A stretch of 51,536 nt of DNA from contig OMJK01000068.1 in NCBI GenBank assembly GCA_900299325.1, positions 1 to 51,536 on the forward strand, read 5' to 3'. Positions 49,526-51,536 of the stretch are shown in pieces. The position numbers and the translations under genes were made by a program. Position 1 is the stretch's first letter. The number at the start of each line of letters is the position of its first letter. The notes below the pieces were generated by a model. That model saw nothing but the letters and a program-made list of their open reading frames with translations. It was not told the DNA's origin and made no database searches. Origin of the DNA: Nitrospiraceae bacterium (GTDB taxonomy: Bacteria > Nitrospirota > Nitrospiria > Nitrospirales > Nitrospiraceae).

Positions 49526-50125
49526 GTGGCGACTGATCCCTCATACAACCGCCGCACGTTCTTCAAAGACTCCATCCTGTCCGTGGCCAAGGCGGCGCAG
49601 GAATTCACCAAACATGTCGATGCCAAGCCGGAGCCGGCGGCGCCCGTGCCGCGCACGGACTGGCTGCGGCCGCCCGGGGCGGTCGAGGAAGCGCTGTTTC
49701 TGGAGCGGTGCACGAAGTGCGGCGACTGCCTGAAGGCCTGCGAACCGGGCGCGCTTGTCTGTCACCCGCAGGACGGCACGCCGATTATCTTTGCCGATCA
49801 ATCGCCCTGTCTGTTGTGCGACGATCTGCCGTGCCTTGCCGCCTGCGCGACGGACGCGCTGCTGCCGGTCGACCGGATTCACGACGTCCGCATGGGGATG
49901 GCTACGGTATCCCAGCGGCTCTGTACGGCGGGACAGGGGTGCCACGCCTGCGTATCGAAATGTCCGACCGACGCGTTGGCGATGGATTTCGGCGAGTTGC
50001 GCTTACGGATTGCCCCTGAGGCCTGCGTGGGCTGTGGAATATGCGAATCGGTGTGTAAAACCGTAAACGATCACGTGGCGATTCGCGTCGTGCCGGCACG
50101 GCAACTGGCTGAACGCAATCCATGA
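49526..50125 (+). CDS. NapF/NapG/MauM-type 4Fe-4S ferredoxin
   Basis: RRTFF, LRPPGA, CTKCGDCLKAC, CHACVSKCP, CVGCGICESVC. Confidence 0.88.
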   Translation: MATDPSYNRRTFFKDSILSVAKAAQEFTKHVDAKPEPAAPVPRTDWLRPPGAVEEALFLERCTKCGDCLKACEPGALVCHPQDGTPIIFADQSPCLLCDDLPCLAACATDALLPVDRIHDVRMGMATVSQRLCTAGQGCHACVSKCPTDALAMDFGELRLRIAPEACVGCGICESVCKTVNDHVAIRVVPARQLAERNP

Positions 50126-50230
50126 TCGAAATCTTGAAGTTATTCGGCCTGGCTGAAATGTGCCAATCCACAAGAAATGAAGTTGAAAAACAGCAGGTTG
50201 GGTCGAGCGGCCTGGTGCATGAGTTCCTGC

Positions 50231-50259
50231 TTGACATCCCCTGGACCTTTACCTATGAT
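50231..50259 (+). promoter_or_regulatory. Near-consensus sigma-70 promoter
   Basis: TTGACA-17 nt-TATGAT. Confidence 0.8.
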
Positions 50260-50347
50260 ACGCGGGCTTTCGCGAGAAAACCGATGGTTCGCGCAGGACT
50301 TGTGTGAAGTGTAAGGCCTGAGTTGAAAAACTCAGGAGATCAACATC

Positions 50348-51319
50348 ATGACGAGTAAACAGCCGGTGCAGAGTTCGTCCGCTTCCGCGACCGCCGTCAT
50401 CCCGAATCCTTCAACCATCAAAGATTCTCCCGCAGTCGAACGGGCGCTGAACCGCAGCAAGCTCTACCTCCTCGTGTCGTGGAGTCTGCTCTATCCGGAG
50501 GACGAGGAATTTCTGGATTACTTGCAATGCGGCGAGTTCGTCGAAGACGGCCGCGCGGCGCTGGATGCGCTGGTAGCGGCGTTGGACGGACAGGGCGGTG
50601 ACCGCGCGAAGCAGAAAATCGCTTCGCTGAAGAAGCAACTCGATCAGATCGAAAAACTGATTGCGGCCGAGTGTGTGAACTGGCAGCTGAGCGATTTGCA
50701 GGCGGAACACCGCCGCGTGTTCAGCAACGTCATTACGCTCGACTGTCCGCCGTACGAAACGCTGTTCGGCAACGACCACGTGTTCGCGCAATCGCACGTG
50801 ATGGGCGACATCGCCGGCTTCTACAAGGCGTTCGGTGTCGAACTGTCGAAGGACATTCACGAGCGACTCGATCATCTGAGCGTCGAATTCGAGTTCATGC
50901 ATTTCCTGGCCTACAAAGAATCCTACTCCCGCTGCCATGACAGCGCCGAAAAAACCCAGATCGTCGTCGATGCCCAAAAGAAATTCGTGAAGAATCACAT
51001 CGGCCGCTGGGTGCCGCTGTTCTGCCGCATGCTCATGAAGAAGGCGGACTCCGGTCTGTTCAAGATCGTGGCGGAGATGACGGGGGACTGGATGGAGTTC
51101 GAAACGGCGTTTTTGGGCGTGACGCCGCAGCCCTATACGGAAACCGATTACCGCCCGGCGACGTTCAACGCGCCGGAAGGCCAGACGTACGAGTGTGGCG
51201 CGCAGGACCAGGGCAACGAACTCAGCGTGCTGCTGAACGAAGTCGGCGCCCAGTCCTTCATGGACATGAAAGACAAGGACAAAGAGAAAGAGGAGGGGGG
51301 ACCCGTCGGAACCGCCTAG
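50348..51319 (+). CDS. TorD/DmsD-family molybdoenzyme chaperone (candidate NXR maturation protein)
   Basis: PPYET, IAGFYKAFG, ERLDHLSVEFEFM, F...HIGRW. Confidence 0.88.
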   Translation: MTSKQPVQSSSASATAVIPNPSTIKDSPAVERALNRSKLYLLVSWSLLYPEDEEFLDYLQCGEFVEDGRAALDALVAALDGQGGDRAKQKIASLKKQLDQIEKLIAAECVNWQLSDLQAEHRRVFSNVITLDCPPYETLFGNDHVFAQSHVMGDIAGFYKAFGVELSKDIHERLDHLSVEFEFMHFLAYKESYSRCHDSAEKTQIVVDAQKKFVKNHIGRWVPLFCRMLMKKADSGLFKIVAEMTGDWMEFETAFLGVTPQPYTETDYRPATFNAPEGQTYECGAQDQGNELSVLLNEVGAQSFMDMKDKDKEKEEGGPVGTA

Positions 51320-51417
51320 GGTCCGAGTCATTATTCCCGAGCGGTTTTTTAGCTGTCATTGAAGGGTTATTTCCGGGCGACGTTATTAATCTTTAATTGA
51401 GAGGAGGGATTAGTCGT

Positions 51418-51536
51418 ATGAGAGTAGTGCAGACAACCAACAAGAAATTGGTGTTCGGCATTCTTCTCACTGCCCTCGTCGTCGGCGTTATGCTGACGAT
51501 CGGGCAGGTACCATTGGCCGTCAGCCAGCCGGTGAC
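51418..51536 (+). CDS. 5' end of a membrane-anchored or exported protein, probably NXR gamma subunit (NxrC)-like; truncated by the window
   Basis: GAGGAGG RBS; MRVVQTTNKKLVFGILLTALVVGVMLTIGQVPLAVSQPV; identity inferred from its position after the chaperone, as I recall for Nitrospira. Confidence 0.55.
   Translation, partial: MRVVQTTNKKLVFGILLTALVVGVMLTIGQVPLAVSQPV

Noticed and set aside
50122-50307. 61-aa ORF before the chaperone
   Set aside because: Spans the AT-rich promoter region; no motif support

Overview
High-GC bacterial chromosome segment, most likely Nitrospira (Nitrospirota), judged from the gene set and order. Left to right: (1) an AT-richer edge (1-~1050) with a small membrane protein plus a ThsB-like TIR gene, a candidate Thoeris-like anti-phage pair. 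(2) A minus-strand block: PKD-like exported protein, KimA/YdaO-type APC transporter, NarL-type two-component system. (3) A ~25 kb co-oriented copper/heme cluster (6574-31646): a triplicated multicopper oxidase, three exported paralogs with an amicyanin-like CxxHxxM motif, HEAT, O-methyltransferase, DUF420 and PCP_red proteins, two CydA-like (bd-like) oxidase subunits without cydB, two FGE-fold proteins, two 40-43 aa single-TM ORFs missing from the ORF track, and three membrane cytochromes c including an alternative NxrC-like protein. (4) mobA, GT9, argS, tgt-yajC-secD-secF, a PAS kinase/sigma-54 activator pair, a DAACS transporter and SIMPL. (5) A cupredoxin gene broken by one TAA, a WD40 protein, an HExxH protein, a ferredoxin, a TorD/DmsD chaperone and the start of a probable NxrC. 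Two diverged copies of a ~125 bp palindromic element show compensatory stem changes. No rRNA, tRNA, CRISPR array or transposase was seen. All family calls come from motif recognition, not database searches.
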